From positions 75,764,001-75,828,000 of the forward strand of contig NC_043007.1 of assembly GCF_006345805.1 (NCBI RefSeq): a DNA stretch of 64,000 nucleotides, written 5' to 3'. This document shows positions 52,149-64,000 of this stretch, piece by piece. The position numbers were made by a program, and so were the translations under genes. The notes beneath the pieces were generated by a model. The model did no database searches. It saw only the letters and a list, made by a program, of their open reading frames with translations, and had not been told where the DNA came from. Numbering within the stretch: the first letter of the stretch is position 1; each line of letters begins with the position of its first letter. This stretch comes from Octopus sinensis (Eukaryota).

Positions 52149-52916
52149 GTATGGTGAATTTATGGAATGAAGTTTCATAAATCCCATCAATTTTATTAAA
52201 AATGGAGGAGACAAGTTGTTAAAATTTATAAGAAGTTCAATTCTTGCAGAAGATCGTTTCGTACATAGATATAATAAGAAATGAAATTCATGATTGATTT
52301 AAATTAGATTAATTGAATACCAACGTCCTTTTCAGTGCAGGAAAGAAAGAAACCATAACACAAGGAACTTAAAAAAGAAATATAGGAGGAAAATTGCATC
52401 TAGGAGATTCATATTGGTATCCGTGTGAAAAAGAGACGGGAGTCATGTCGGGTATTTAACCATAACTAACGACTTCAACGGTTATTCGAAGATATAAGTA
52501 AAGAGGTATCGGAGATGTTCCCTCTATGGATGAGAATGGAAATTAGAATTATAGCTCCGTATAAATAGCGTAGGGCAAATAAGTATTAAAAATATCCAAT
52601 GGGAAGACAATTCAGAATTTTAATTAAAATAAGAACAAACCGTTGAAATCAGTACGTAGTATAATGTATTAAAAAAAAAATTCTATACATATGAATAAAG
52701 TTTAGCGTGAGGAAGTGGTATATGAAAAGGTAATACTAGATTGTTAACGTAAACAAATGGTTGAAGGAATAGAGGAGGGAGAATGAGTTATAGAAGACGA
52801 TGTATATAAAGGACTAATGTTTGAATAAAAATATCATATCAGGTAACACGTATTAATGATAGCGTAGAAAAAAATGTGTAAAAACAGAAAAAGCAGTAGT
52901 TAATATTACAATTAAA

Positions 52917-53407
52917 GGATCTTTTCGGTTTGACCGCCAGTTTTTAAAAATAATTTCCACGTAACTAAACACTTTTAAACTTCGTATACTGGTAGAATGT
53001 GTTTATAAAACATCTTTTTCTCTTGGCTTTATTGAGAAAATTCTATAGTTTGTAAGATATTTGTTGTTTTTTTTCTTCAATTTCTGCAATTTCAACCAAT
53101 CTATGACGTTTATTGAGGTGAAAACATTCTGTGCCGTATGAATATGTCTCTCGTTTAAGAAACAGATTGGGTTTATTTACATTTGTGAAGAAAAGAAGAT
53201 ACCCTTCCCCCCACCCCTAACCCTAACTAACCCAAACCCTAACTAACCCCAACCCTAACTAACCCTAACTCTAACCCTAACTAACCCTAACTAACCCTAA
53301 CCCTAAAACAGATTGAAATGCAATAGATCGATACTAGGATCATAATTATGGGTGACAATTTCATATGACACCGCTAGAAAAAACTGCCGTTCAAACCGAA
53401 AAGATCC
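52917..53407. mobile_element. Merlin-like MITE, third copy, TSD CAATTAAA, with telomere-like expansion
   Basis: CAATTAAA|GGATC...GATCC|CAATTAAA. Confidence 0.88.
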
Positions 53408-53728
53408 CAATTAAAGTAGTATGTAAAGGTGAAAAATCGAATTTGAAAATGAAGTTAGATAGACCAAAATAAATGTAGGGGAGATAAATAAGCGGAGAAA
53501 AGGGAGTAACAAAAATAAGACTTTGGATAGGAATGTGTTGGTTATACAGAAGTTATGTTTTAGTATATATAAAAAAGATTATTTCAGAGGAGAGAAGGAT
53601 TTCGAATGGCAGTATGGTCGTAATGATATTCGAGTTGTAAAGGTGCTGTGTCAGTATGAATATAAGAAAAAATACGAGTAGAAGAGTACACATAAAGTGT
53701 ACAAAATTTACACATAATATAGAAGGAA

Positions 53729-53897
53729 TATATACGACGGGCTTCTTTCAGTTTCCGTCTACCAAATCCACGCACAAAGCTGTGGTCGGCCGGAGGCTAT
53801 AGTAGAAGACACTTGCCCAAGATGCCACGCAGTGGGACTGAACCCGGACTCATGTGGTTCATATGCAAGCTACTTACCACACAGCCACTCCAACGCC
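53729..53897 (-). mobile_element. SINE family B, 5' half
   Basis: tRNA-like head and CORE-like block. Confidence 0.8.
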
Positions 53898-54188
53898 TAA
53901 ACATATAAATAAAATAAAATAAAAAGTATAGTTATATTACATACCAAGGAAAGATATAATTTCCTACATCCAAAACATGTGGGGAGAAAAGTGTTGGGAG
54001 AGATAATTAGAGTGATAGCCCTATGTATGGTGGGACATGCATTTGTAAAGTATTTCTATTTTATTACATAGGTTTGTACAGTGTATCACCAAATTCATCC
54101 TTATATGGATAAATGCAAAGTGTTATCTTAATAGAATGCAAGAAAATCCTGTTGTAGTGAATCAGATTTCTAAAATCGGTTGGACTTA

Positions 54189-54579
54189 TCTCTCTATATA
54201 TAAAGCTGAAGTTGTCTGTGTAGGGCAGGTTTGGTAGCCTTCAACTAGCACAATCTCCTCCGAGACCCTTCGGCGCAAGTTGACCAAAATTGAGAGTATG
54301 ATAGAAGGCTTGCTCTTCATTCCGTAGAAGAAAAAAATTCAAATCGGACCATGTTAACACCAAAAATTATTTACATCAAAAAGGTGCTTTTGTTCTATGA
54401 AAATCCCTATTTTTTACGATTTTTTGACTGCTGCGTCGCCATTTTTTCGGTGTATTTCAACCAGAAAAATGTTCACTTAAAGAGAATAACAAGCTACATA
54501 ATGCAAATTTTTTACTTTTCAAAAATTCCAATTCTAAAGGGTCGAAACAAACCCGAGCAACGCCGGGCGATACTGCTAG
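54189..54579 (+). mobile_element. Non-autonomous Helitron-like element
   Basis: 5' TC..TATATATAAAG; 3' hairpin CCCG-AGCAACGC-CGGG followed by CTAG|T. Confidence 0.7.
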
Positions 54580-54741
54580 TTTATAATAAAGCAAATAATG
54601 GAATATTTTACGTTCTAAAATTTGTGATCAACGAAATAGTTCCAAGTTCCAAGAGACACAACTCTACATGATCTTTTAGATTTCTTTTTGTCACTAGTGA
54701 ATAATGGGTTTTGTCCCATTAAACAGAAGGCGTGTTCTTAC

Positions 54742-54860
54742 CATCTTCGTTGTGAATTAGATAAATTACATAGAGTCTACACTACTTTCAGTATTTTGTT
54801 GAGCGATGAAAAGATGTGTTAAGTTCTGTCATTGAAGGTATACGAATGACAGCACAAAAC
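54742..54860 (-). other. Possible first exon ending in ATG|GTAAG
   Basis: Minus strand caacgaagATG|gtaagaac in unique sequence; upstream boundary unknown. Confidence 0.3.
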
Positions 54861-55182
54861 TTGCAGTGTTTAGTTTCGTCATCCTTATGTAATGATGAAA
54901 TTATTGTATATAGTGCTCAGGTGCACCTCAACTTGTCAAAAGTGCGTATAAAGCATATGCGGTAAAGTTTAGATGTTCCCAGAAATGACTTTGTTTTCTA
55001 TCTAGAAGATAAAAATTAGGTACGAAGCATTATTTAGAGTTTGGATTATCTACTGCACTTATTCCTATGCATTTTTGGTATTTTGTCAAGTCAATAAATT
55101 CTCAACAAGATGAAAAGAATATCTATCTATTTATCTGTGCCTGTGTGTGCGTTTGTGTGTGTGTGTGTACACATTCTTTCAT

Positions 55183-55383
55183 TCTTTTATTTGTTTCAGT
55201 CATTTAACTGTGGCCATGCTGGAGCACCGCCTTTAGTCGAGCAAATCGACTTCGACACTTATTCTTTGTAAGCCTAGTACTTATTCTATCGGTCTCTCTT
55301 GCCGAACTGCTAAATGACGGGGACGTAAACACACTAGCATTGGTTGTCAAGCGATGTTGGGTGGGGGGCAAACACAGACACAC

Positions 55384-55434
<51 letters not shown>

Positions 55435-56022
55435 ACCTATGTATATACGACAGTCGTCTTTCAGTTTCCGTCTACCAAATCCACTCACAAGGATTTGGTC
55501 GGCCTGAGGCTATAGTAGAAGACACTTGCCCAAGGTGCCACGCAGTCAGACTGAACCCGGAACCATGTAGTTGGTAAGCAAGCTACTTACCACACTCCCA
55601 CTCCTGCCCCTATATATATACTTTTTGATTCTTTTACTTGTTTTAGTCATTTTCACTGCGGCCATGCTGGAGCAACATCTTAAGAAGTTTCAGTTGAAAC
55701 AAATCAACGTCAAGACTCATTCTTTGTAAGCCTAAGACTTATTCTATTGGTCTCTTTTGATGAACCGCTAAGTTATGGGGACGTAAACACACCAGCACCG
55801 GTTGTTAACCGATAGTGGGTGGGGGGGGACACAAACACAAATGCACACACACACGAGTGTGGGTATGTGTGTGTGTGTGTGTGAGTGTGTTTCAGTTTCC
55901 GTCTACCAAATCCACTCACAAGGCTTTGGTCGGCTCTAGGATATAGGAAAAGATACTCAGTTGGAATGAACCTGGAACTATGTGGTTGGGAAACAAACTT
56001 CTTACCACACAGCCACGCCTGC
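55183..56022 (-). mobile_element. Two tandem SINE family B copies
   Basis: 55183-55608 and 55630-56022 match the family consensus in reverse. Confidence 0.85.
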
Positions 56023-56174
56023 GCTTCTATACATACACATACATACATACATACATACATACATACATACATACATACATACATACATACATACATACAT
56101 ACATGCATACATACATACATACATACATACATGCATACATACATACACACATGCATGCATACATACATACATAC

Positions 56175-56227
<53 letters not shown>

Positions 56228-56584
56228 TGCATATATGCATATACATATATATTCACACACACACACACACGCATATATACATATATACATATGTGTATAT
56301 AAATTAAATAAACAGGGTGTGTATTGTGCTACAAGGATGTATCAAGGGTTGAACAGAAAGAAGATAACAAGGAGAAAAAGTTAGATTAAAGCTCCGTTTG
56401 CTTCTGTCTAAATTTTTTTTCATGTGTTCCTTCTGTTCAACCCTTGATACATATATATATACATATACATATATACACACATATATATATATATATACAG
56501 GCGCAAACACACGCACTTATAATGATACAAATTGAAGAACAGAATGGACTAAGCGGAGTAGGAGTACATATGAGGAGAGAAAGT

Positions 56585-56627
56585 GTCGCTGAAGAGGTCA
56601 CAGATGTGTGACGAAAGATTTCTAGAT
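56585..56627 (+). ncRNA. Probable hammerhead H10, stem I imperfect
   Basis: CTGAAGA-G-GTCACA gatg TGTGAC-GAAA-GA tt TC-TA; stem I is out of register by 1 nt. Confidence 0.45.
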
Positions 56628-56839
56628 AAAAGACATGAGCTAAAATAAGAACAGTAATAAACGAGTGGAGAATGAATATATAGTGCATGAGTTTATTTGG
56701 AAAAAAAAAAATTACCATCTCGAAATATGCATTTGAACACACGGTTTCATATCAGGAATCCTGCAACACAAATTCATAAATACATGTATGCGTGTATATA
56801 TACATATATATATATATATAATAAACCCTCTTTCTTTTC

Positions 56840-57165
56840 TTTCCTTTCCTGCTGGTGGCACGTAAAAAGCATCATCCGATCGTGGCCATTGCCAGCCTCG
56901 CCTGGCCCCCGTGCCGGTGGCACGTAAATAGCACCATCCGACTGTGGCCGTTTGCCAGCCCCGTCTCACACCTGTGCTGGTGGCACGTAAAAAGCACCCA
57001 CTACACTCACGGAGTGGTTGGCGTTAGGAAGGGCATCCAGCCATAGAAACATTGCCAGATCAGACTGGGCCTGGTGCAGCCTTCTGGCCTCCCAGACCCC
57101 AGTTGAACCGTCCAACCCATGCTAGCATGGAAAGCGGACGCTAAATGATGATGATGAGGATGATG
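56840..57165 (+). mobile_element. RTE 3' tail with (GAT)n
   Basis: Same tail as 269-788. Confidence 0.75.
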
Positions 57166-57179
57166 ATATTAAATCTATT

Positions 57180-57700
57180 GCTAAATTGGCTGCACTGAAG
57201 GTAGGCTCACTCCTTTGTTCGAGGAGTTATCTCACTTCTGACACTATTCTTTATCTTTATAAGTCCACCATTCATCCCCTGCATTGAGTACTGTTGTCAC
57301 ATGCGGGCAGGTGCTCCTGTGGATTGTTTAACTCTGTTGGGCCACATTCAACTCCGTACTTGTAATACTATTGGTCATGATCAATCTTCTAAATTGAATT
57401 CACTCTTCTTATTGTTATTCTGTGGCTTTCTTGTCTCTTTTCTATAAGTATTTTCATGGACATTGTTCAGCTGAGCTTTCGCTTCTGGTTCCTCCTTTAA
57501 GAACTTATCAGCAATCAACTAAACTTGCATTCAATTCTCATCTGTATACTGTGCAACCTCCTAAAGTACCAGTAAAGCACTTTACAGTACCAGTTTCTTC
57601 CTTCGCATCTCTGTGCTGTCGAATTCTCTTCCACGGTCTTGTTTTCCTCTTCAATATGACCTCCAGTCTTTTAAGTTTAATGTACATTGTCACCTATTGA
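57180..57700 (+). mobile_element. CR1/Jockey-group LINE 3' remnant
   Basis: LYLYKSTIHP..YCCHMRAGAP..VAFLSLFYKYFHGHCSAELSLLVP. Confidence 0.6.
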
Positions 57701-57719
57701 CTTCTCTCTAGCGTCCATT

Positions 57720-60243
57720 TTAATCTAGTAGTTTTCAGTGGTCTAAAGACCTTGTAATGAGTGAATGCTTTAAAATAGCATCATCATCTTTACTATAAGT
57801 CGTGCACCATTGCAAAGCCTTGGTGGATTAAGGTTTCAAAGCAGCATAACTGGTGCCCCAATCTTGAGGTGAAAATTGTGAGGTGGGAGGCTGGGTGATG
57901 TTAGACTATTCAAGAATTCAACTGGATAATTCACAGCTTCATTGATGTTGAGTACAGTGTCAATGGAATTGTAGATGTGATGCTCACCTAGCAACTATTC
58001 CAAAAGTTTGATGTTCAAATCATCAACTGCTACATTCTTTGAAGCTAAAATGGCACGGGTTTTCAGCCATTTGCGGTCTGTAAACCGATTCCTCTGGTTG
58101 TTAAATACCTTATTCATTAGTTCCTTAAAATTAGATACCATAGGTCCAAAAGGCAAGCTTTCCCAGCCATCCTTCTTGCCAACCGAAGTGCCATTACCAA
58201 CGTCCTACAGTTGCTTTGAAAAGGTTCTGTCTGCATCATCACCACTGAGCTGCAGTCTTATGTTGGTTGTGAGTCTCAGCTTTTGCACACTGCTCTATAC
58301 ATAGGACAACATTATGCTGGCATTTACCGCAACAGCTCTTGTCCACTTTGGAAACACAGGAAGGGTTTGTCTAAAGTTTCCTGCAAGCAAGACTGTAGCT
58401 CCTTCTATGAGCCTGGTGTTGTATCTCAGATCCTGAAGAGCCATGTCAAGAGCTTCAAAGGAAACCTTATGGCTCATTGTCGCCTCATCCCAGATGATCA
58501 ATCTGCATTCACTCAGAAGTTTGTCTTTTATAGAACCACGACTGATGTTGCAGTTTGCTTTTTCTTTCTTTGACAGGTGCAAAGGGAATTTGAAACTGGA
58601 ATGAACTGTGCAGCCACCTCTTAGCAGAGTTGCAGCTATTCCACTTGATGCCACTGCAGTTTAGCCAAAAGAAGGTTGATGACAAATATCTTGCCAGTTC
58701 CACCTGGAGCATCCAGAAAGAAAAGACCTCCTCCTTCACTTTCGATGCTTGAAATAATGGTCTTATGAACATCCAGTTGGTCCTCCATCAGTTTGTGTTT
58801 GTTATCAGCTATATACGCTGTCATTTCCTCAATGTCATAGCAGGTACTCAATTTTGAGATTGTTTGCTGTCTGCTTCGGTTGAGGCAGACCAAATGTGGT
58901 AATGCCTTGACCTCCCACAGCTTGCACTTGGGTGTCCAGATCAAGTAATGCCCCATTGTAAATGGCGTTATTGAATGTGGCAATTTCTGCTGAGGTTTGC
59001 CATTGAATCCTTTGTAGGATGTCCTCTGCCGTGCTGGTTTTGTGGGTCGCCCAAACCACATGTCATCAACATGATAGAACATAGCTGGTGCAGTTGACTT
59101 GGTGCTCTGCTGACTGCTGCTTCCTCCTATGTCTGGTACCAGTGAGCATCGCCCTCCAGTAGTCCATGTTTGATGCAGGTTTCTCTGCAGGCCATTCAGA
59201 CTTCCCCATTGTGTCTTCGATGGTTTGACAGTGTGCACCAGCAGATGCAGAAAGAAACATTCCTGCTGATTAGGGTGCATAGTGTACACCCGCCCAATAG
59301 CCCCACTTCTGAAGACAACAATGCATGCTCCATGTGTCTGTTCCATCTATTGTATTGCCAGGTAAAGTACACGGGGACCTCAACATACAACAGTGTTCGA
59401 GCAAACAAATAACATTGGCATAATTTGAAGAAAGCTGTCAAAATGGTTTCTGATGGATTCAGAATTACATTTTGAGCATTGTCTTCTGTGCAATATACAT
59501 GCTGACCATTTTCAAGATTTACAGATAGATTCACCACTGTTGGATGCCGCTCATGGATTTCAAAGCCCTCGTTAGAGAAAATATACCTGCCCAAATTATA
59601 TTGCTGAATTTCATCTGCCTGCCTAATTCCAAAAACATACATACTTAATACTTTTTATAGAGTTGCATGACTGAACCTTAACATGGGCCTGCAATGTTTT
59701 AGACAGCAATGGGTTGTAGGGCACGATCCACCTGTTGTCAGTTTGCATCCCTTGGCTATTAACTTTGAGCTTGGTAGTGTCTAGGGTAATTAAAGGAAAA
59801 TGAATGGGTTATTTGCCTTGGCTAGGAAAATGAAGAGGCTATTTTCCTTGGCATGAAGAGGGAACAGACAAAGAGATGGACATAATGCCCATTATAGTAA
59901 GCTAGTAAATTTGCCCATCTATGATGGGAAATAAAGGGATAGTATCGCAAATCTAAACCCTCTAAATTCACGAACTATACGGGGTGGGGAGGGGATGAAG
60001 AATCCAGAGTTAATCCTTGTTGCCGAAATTTTAACAACAACAAAAAATCAAAGGTAATTTATTAATACAAAACTCAATATCTACTAAATAATCATACTTT
60101 TACACATTTTTTTTTTTTTTGCTAAAACCCTTCCTGATCACTTCCTTTGTAATCCTGAAAAAGATTGTCACCATTAATCCAGCTGTTTGATCGTAAAGAG
60201 GGAACAGACAGACAGACAGATATAACGTCCATTATAGTAAGAT
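57720..60243 (-). mobile_element. Helitron remnant with Pif1-family helicase pseudogene
   Basis: FFLDAPGGTGK, ASSGIAATLL.GG.TVHS, IIWDEATM, LLAGNFRQTLPV, LPPH...[16 protein letters not shown]; TC-type 5' end near 60243. Confidence 0.88.
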
Positions 60244-60963
60244 TTAGGGACAGTTGGTACAAACATTTAAAAGAATTATAGTTGAACATTACAGAATGGA
60301 GAACAAAACAGTTAGTTTAAAAGACAAAAGTAAATACAAATGGCAGTTAATGAAAGATATTTTATTCTAGAAAAATAAAAAGTAATCAAAAATATGTAGT
60401 GTAAATATGTACACTAAATTAATGGGAATTTTAAAATTCCTTACATGAACTTTAAACAGTAAAATAGCTCAGATGGATATTTGAATAGGGATAGCTTCAA
60501 TAAAAATAGTACAAATTGGCAAGGGCTGTTTACTTTAACAGTGATTCTCAACACGTATTTTGCCTATGGATTTTTTAAATTCCTATTTTACTTGGATAGA
60601 CCCTCCCAGCTATTCAATGTTTAAAAAATACTGTAATATTTATATAACTGAATATTAGTAGGAAATTTTTTAAAAATTGTTAAAATGTTTTGTTTATTGT
60701 AGAACTATTCTTCATAAATTTTAACAACAAAATCTGATATGATCCCCACAAGGGGCCATATGAACTCTTGTTGAGAACCACTGCTTTAACAGTTGAATAT
60801 AGATGTTTGTTAGTATATCTATGTGCTATATAGATATGACTGTAAAACAAGAAATGAATGGGTTAATGTAGAAAATTTTAGTTACTGTTATTGAATCAAA
60901 TTTATTAATCAAAACACAAAATTAACATATGCATATTTCCGAACTATTTCTCATTTTCACAAT

Positions 60964-61119
60964 TTATGGGCATTTCATTTCAAATCCATGTTTTTCTTGT
61001 ACAGGCTCATATGCCGGTACAACATTTGGAGGATATCCAATGGCTGGTGCAACATTCATATCAGATGCTGGGTTTATAAATTCAGCTGTCTGGTTTGTTG
61101 ATACCCAAACACTTGTTCC
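60964..61119 (-). CDS. Candidate terminal coding exon of a host gene continuing beyond the window: GTSVWVSTNQTAEFINPASDMNVAPAIGYPPNVVPAYEPVQEKHGFEMKCP*
   Basis: Acceptor ctactttggcttctgcag|G, 51 codons with A/T-ending bias, TAA, then AT-rich sequence with AATAAA on this strand (60901, 60361). A plus-strand frame is also open, so orientation is not certain. Confidence 0.5.
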   Translation of the reverse strand, partial: GTSVWVSTNQTAEFINPASDMNVAPAIGYPPNVVPAYEPVQEKHGFEMKCP

Positions 61120-61245
61120 CTGCAGAAGCCAAAGTAGATTTTAAAAGATAAAATTTCCTTAAAACCAAAATATTTTAAAGAAGTATCATTTAAAACAAAA
61201 TACTTTAAACGACCATTTCCATCAATTATTATAGTGAGTGCATAT

Positions 61246-61280
<35 letters not shown>

Positions 61281-61399
61281 ATGAGAGAGAGAACAAAGTG
61301 TATGTATGCCACTATATATATATGTATAAAATACATATGTATAAAATACATATGTATAAAATACAAAATGGGACAAGAACGCAGTCCCATTTTGTATTT

Positions 61400-61458
<59 letters not shown>

Positions 61459-61599
61459 CACATATATACACACACACACATATACGAATTTGTGTAAATA
61501 TGTATAGAATGATATATCAGTTGAATAAAGTTACAAAATGGTCTGGTTTTCGCGTTTTTTTATTATTGTATATGAACAAATTTTACTATGTTGAAGCGT

Positions 61600-63830
61600 G
61601 TTAAACCTTAAAAATATAATATTTAGTAATGTTCATAAGTTCAATTAGTGCTTTCATACGTTAGTAGTAATCATCAGATTTCAAAATGTATTGACTGACA
61701 GTTGATAACTGTAGTAAAATGACTGACTTCTTTTTTATACCTTTTAGAAGGTTCTGACAAGCTGCATTTTTTTAATGAATAGTTTTGACCAATCAGCATG
61801 CATCTTAAACATCATGGTCTATCAGGCACATCAATATTGCTGGGATAGATCCCTCTATTTTAACTAATTGGCATGCAGTTTACATGTAATGGTTTTATGA
61901 GTGAGTAAACTTAGTTGGTTTTGATCGTTTTTATTTCAGTCAGTGGGAGTCTTCTATAATTTGTTTATATTCATATGTTAAAGATATTTTTTAATCCACA
62001 TCATTAACTGGTTGTTATATTATTGATGTTATTTTCTTTCAGAACAGGTTATAACATTTTAATAAAACGTTTTTTTCTTTTGCCTTTCTTCCAACCTCAC
62101 CTGTGTCATGTAGTTTGTGAAAAGGAAAAATTAGAAACATTTTCTGACCACATGTTTCAATGGAATTTAGCAAACATTAGCATTCTGGATTTGCTGACTG
62201 TGAACTCATAAGTGTTCTGATAATGCACTCCCTGTTTCGCCTATGTATAGTCCCTCGTAATTAGGGGCATTTAACACACTAGATCAAATTTCTTCTTTTG
62301 CAGTTAATATCTAGCATTTGTGAAAATCTGCCAATTTTTTTGTTCTAATGGATCTACCAGAATGCATGTATTACACTTGGATACTGTGAATGTTTTATCC
62401 CGTTTGTTGAACTTTGCCTTTCTTAATAGTTTCTTTAGGCTATGTGGTTGCCTTTTGCTTAAGATAAGTGTTTGATTAGTTATTATGCTTTTTAATTATT
62501 CCCTTTGTTTCATGATTGGCAAATTTGTTTTGATGATGTTAAATATGTTTTGGTGATGTGGATTGTGTGTTACTAGAAATGGTATTGTGTTCTGTTGATG
62601 AGTTCGTCTTTCTCATGTTGCCCTAAGTTGTTCTATAGGTATCACTTTTGCTCATTGTATGCTATTTTCTATAAGTAGGAAAGAGTGTTTTTGCTTGAGC
62701 AGAAATCCTTTGAGTTCTACAAGTCATATGTTCCTGGTATTTAGATCATCTACTATAATACAAGTTTTTCTGGCTAGACAGTACGGAATGTTGCATTTTG
62801 TGTATGTTGGGTGGCATGATTTGAAACTTAGGTACTGGTGTGTATCTCTGTACTTTTGTAATGAATATCAGTTGTGAATGTGGTGTTGTTTTTAATTACC
62901 ATTATGTCAAGAAATGGTAATTGTGTGTTGCTCATTCCTCTTCTGAATTTGAGACTAGTGGTGTAGATTGTTGAGGAGGGTGCTAAATTGTTACAGATTT
63001 TCTAGGGATTTGGTCCAAATTAGGAAACTATCATTGAGGTATCTTTTCTATGTGTCCTCTATATGCCTTCTAAAGGTCATGCCATAGTTTTCTTCAAATT
63101 TTGATATATGTTTTGTTCCAAGTACCCCAATACTATGTTCATGAAAAACTGGAGCAAATCACATTCCCATAGCTGTGCCTCAAATTTGGAGGTAGTTTTT
63201 TTCCGTTGAAAAGGAATAGAGTGTTTTCAAGGATTAGGCTGACTACGTCTAGTATGAATGTTACAGTAAATCTACTGGGGATCACTTCTCTATGTTTCTT
63301 GACCCAATATTTTATGGCAGTACTTCCCAAATCATGTGGAATGTTCGTATATAAGTTTGTTACATCAAAACAAACTAACAGTGAATCAGATTCTGTTGTT
63401 TTGGGAAGATGTGACAGGAAATCAATCCCAATTGAAACTGGGCATGTGACTACATAGTGGTTTTAGGATAATATCAGTGAGGTTGCTCAGATGATGTGTA
63501 GGACAAGCTGAACCAGCTATAATAGGTCTTAGTTTAAGGTCTTTTGGTTGTAGTAGTTTTATGTATTCACTATTTTGTTTTTGTAGCATTTACTAAACCC
63601 TCCACTGTTCATGTTACTGGAGTTCATATATGATTAATGGGGGAGAAAAAAAGTCATTTCTCCTCTGTGTACTACCTGTAGTTGTGTGCTTATATAAGTT
63701 ATCAAAACTAAAATGTACAAATATATATGCCAACAGAAAAGAAATGTTATATAATCGCAGGTGTTACAACCAACAATAAGATTTTTTAATGTGATTTTTT
63801 CCCAGTACATCTGCAAGCATTTTTATCTTT
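61600..63830 (-). mobile_element. Degraded Penelope-like element (RT, GIY-YIG, terminal repeat)
   Basis: LKLRPIIAGSACPTHHLS, FDVTNLYTNIPHDLG, ILENTLFLFNGK, LYIGETGSAL..VHSQQI; possible hammerhead at 61643-61680. Confidence 0.85.
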
Positions 63831-64000
63831 AAATAACACTTTGAACATCAGAGATTCTGTTTCCGCAAGTTTTTTTTTTTTTTGATATAAGCATTTTAAT
63901 AACAAACTAGCAATCGAAATATATATTATACAAAACAAAATGTATTAATATACAATTATTAAATAAATATATTCACACATTTTAAATGTGGCTTATTCAA

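Noticed and set aside
53215-53306. True telomere or chromosome fusion site
   Set aside because: It lies inside a MITE with intact TIRs and TSD.
63634-63816. ORF as an upstream exon of the 61119 gene
   Set aside because: It is contiguous with Penelope RT sequence, so more simply part of the element.

Overview
AT-rich, microsatellite-dense animal genomic DNA. The repeat families look like those of Octopus/coleoid cephalopods; this is from memory and was not checked against a database. The window is almost all intronic or intergenic. It holds remnants of RTE, CR1-like, L1/Tx1, CRE and R4/Dong LINEs, tRNA-derived SINEs, mariner, a Helitron, Merlin-like MITEs with 8-bp TSDs and Penelope-like elements (PLEs). 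Most listed ORFs are microsatellite artefacts. Host-gene evidence is limited to a few candidate minus-strand exons, the best being 60964-61119. The main signal is about ten type I hammerhead ribozyme motifs from at least six unrelated sequence families, found by eye. Nearly all have a palindromic stem III and lie about 60-280 nt upstream of a (TA)n junction, often inside head-to-head fold-back duplications. They include a U3-A8 core covariant and an ORF-less ~582-bp tandem unit resembling a retrozyme. Hammerheads in PLE terminal repeats are known in general; activity here is inferred only. Some TE boundaries are approximate.
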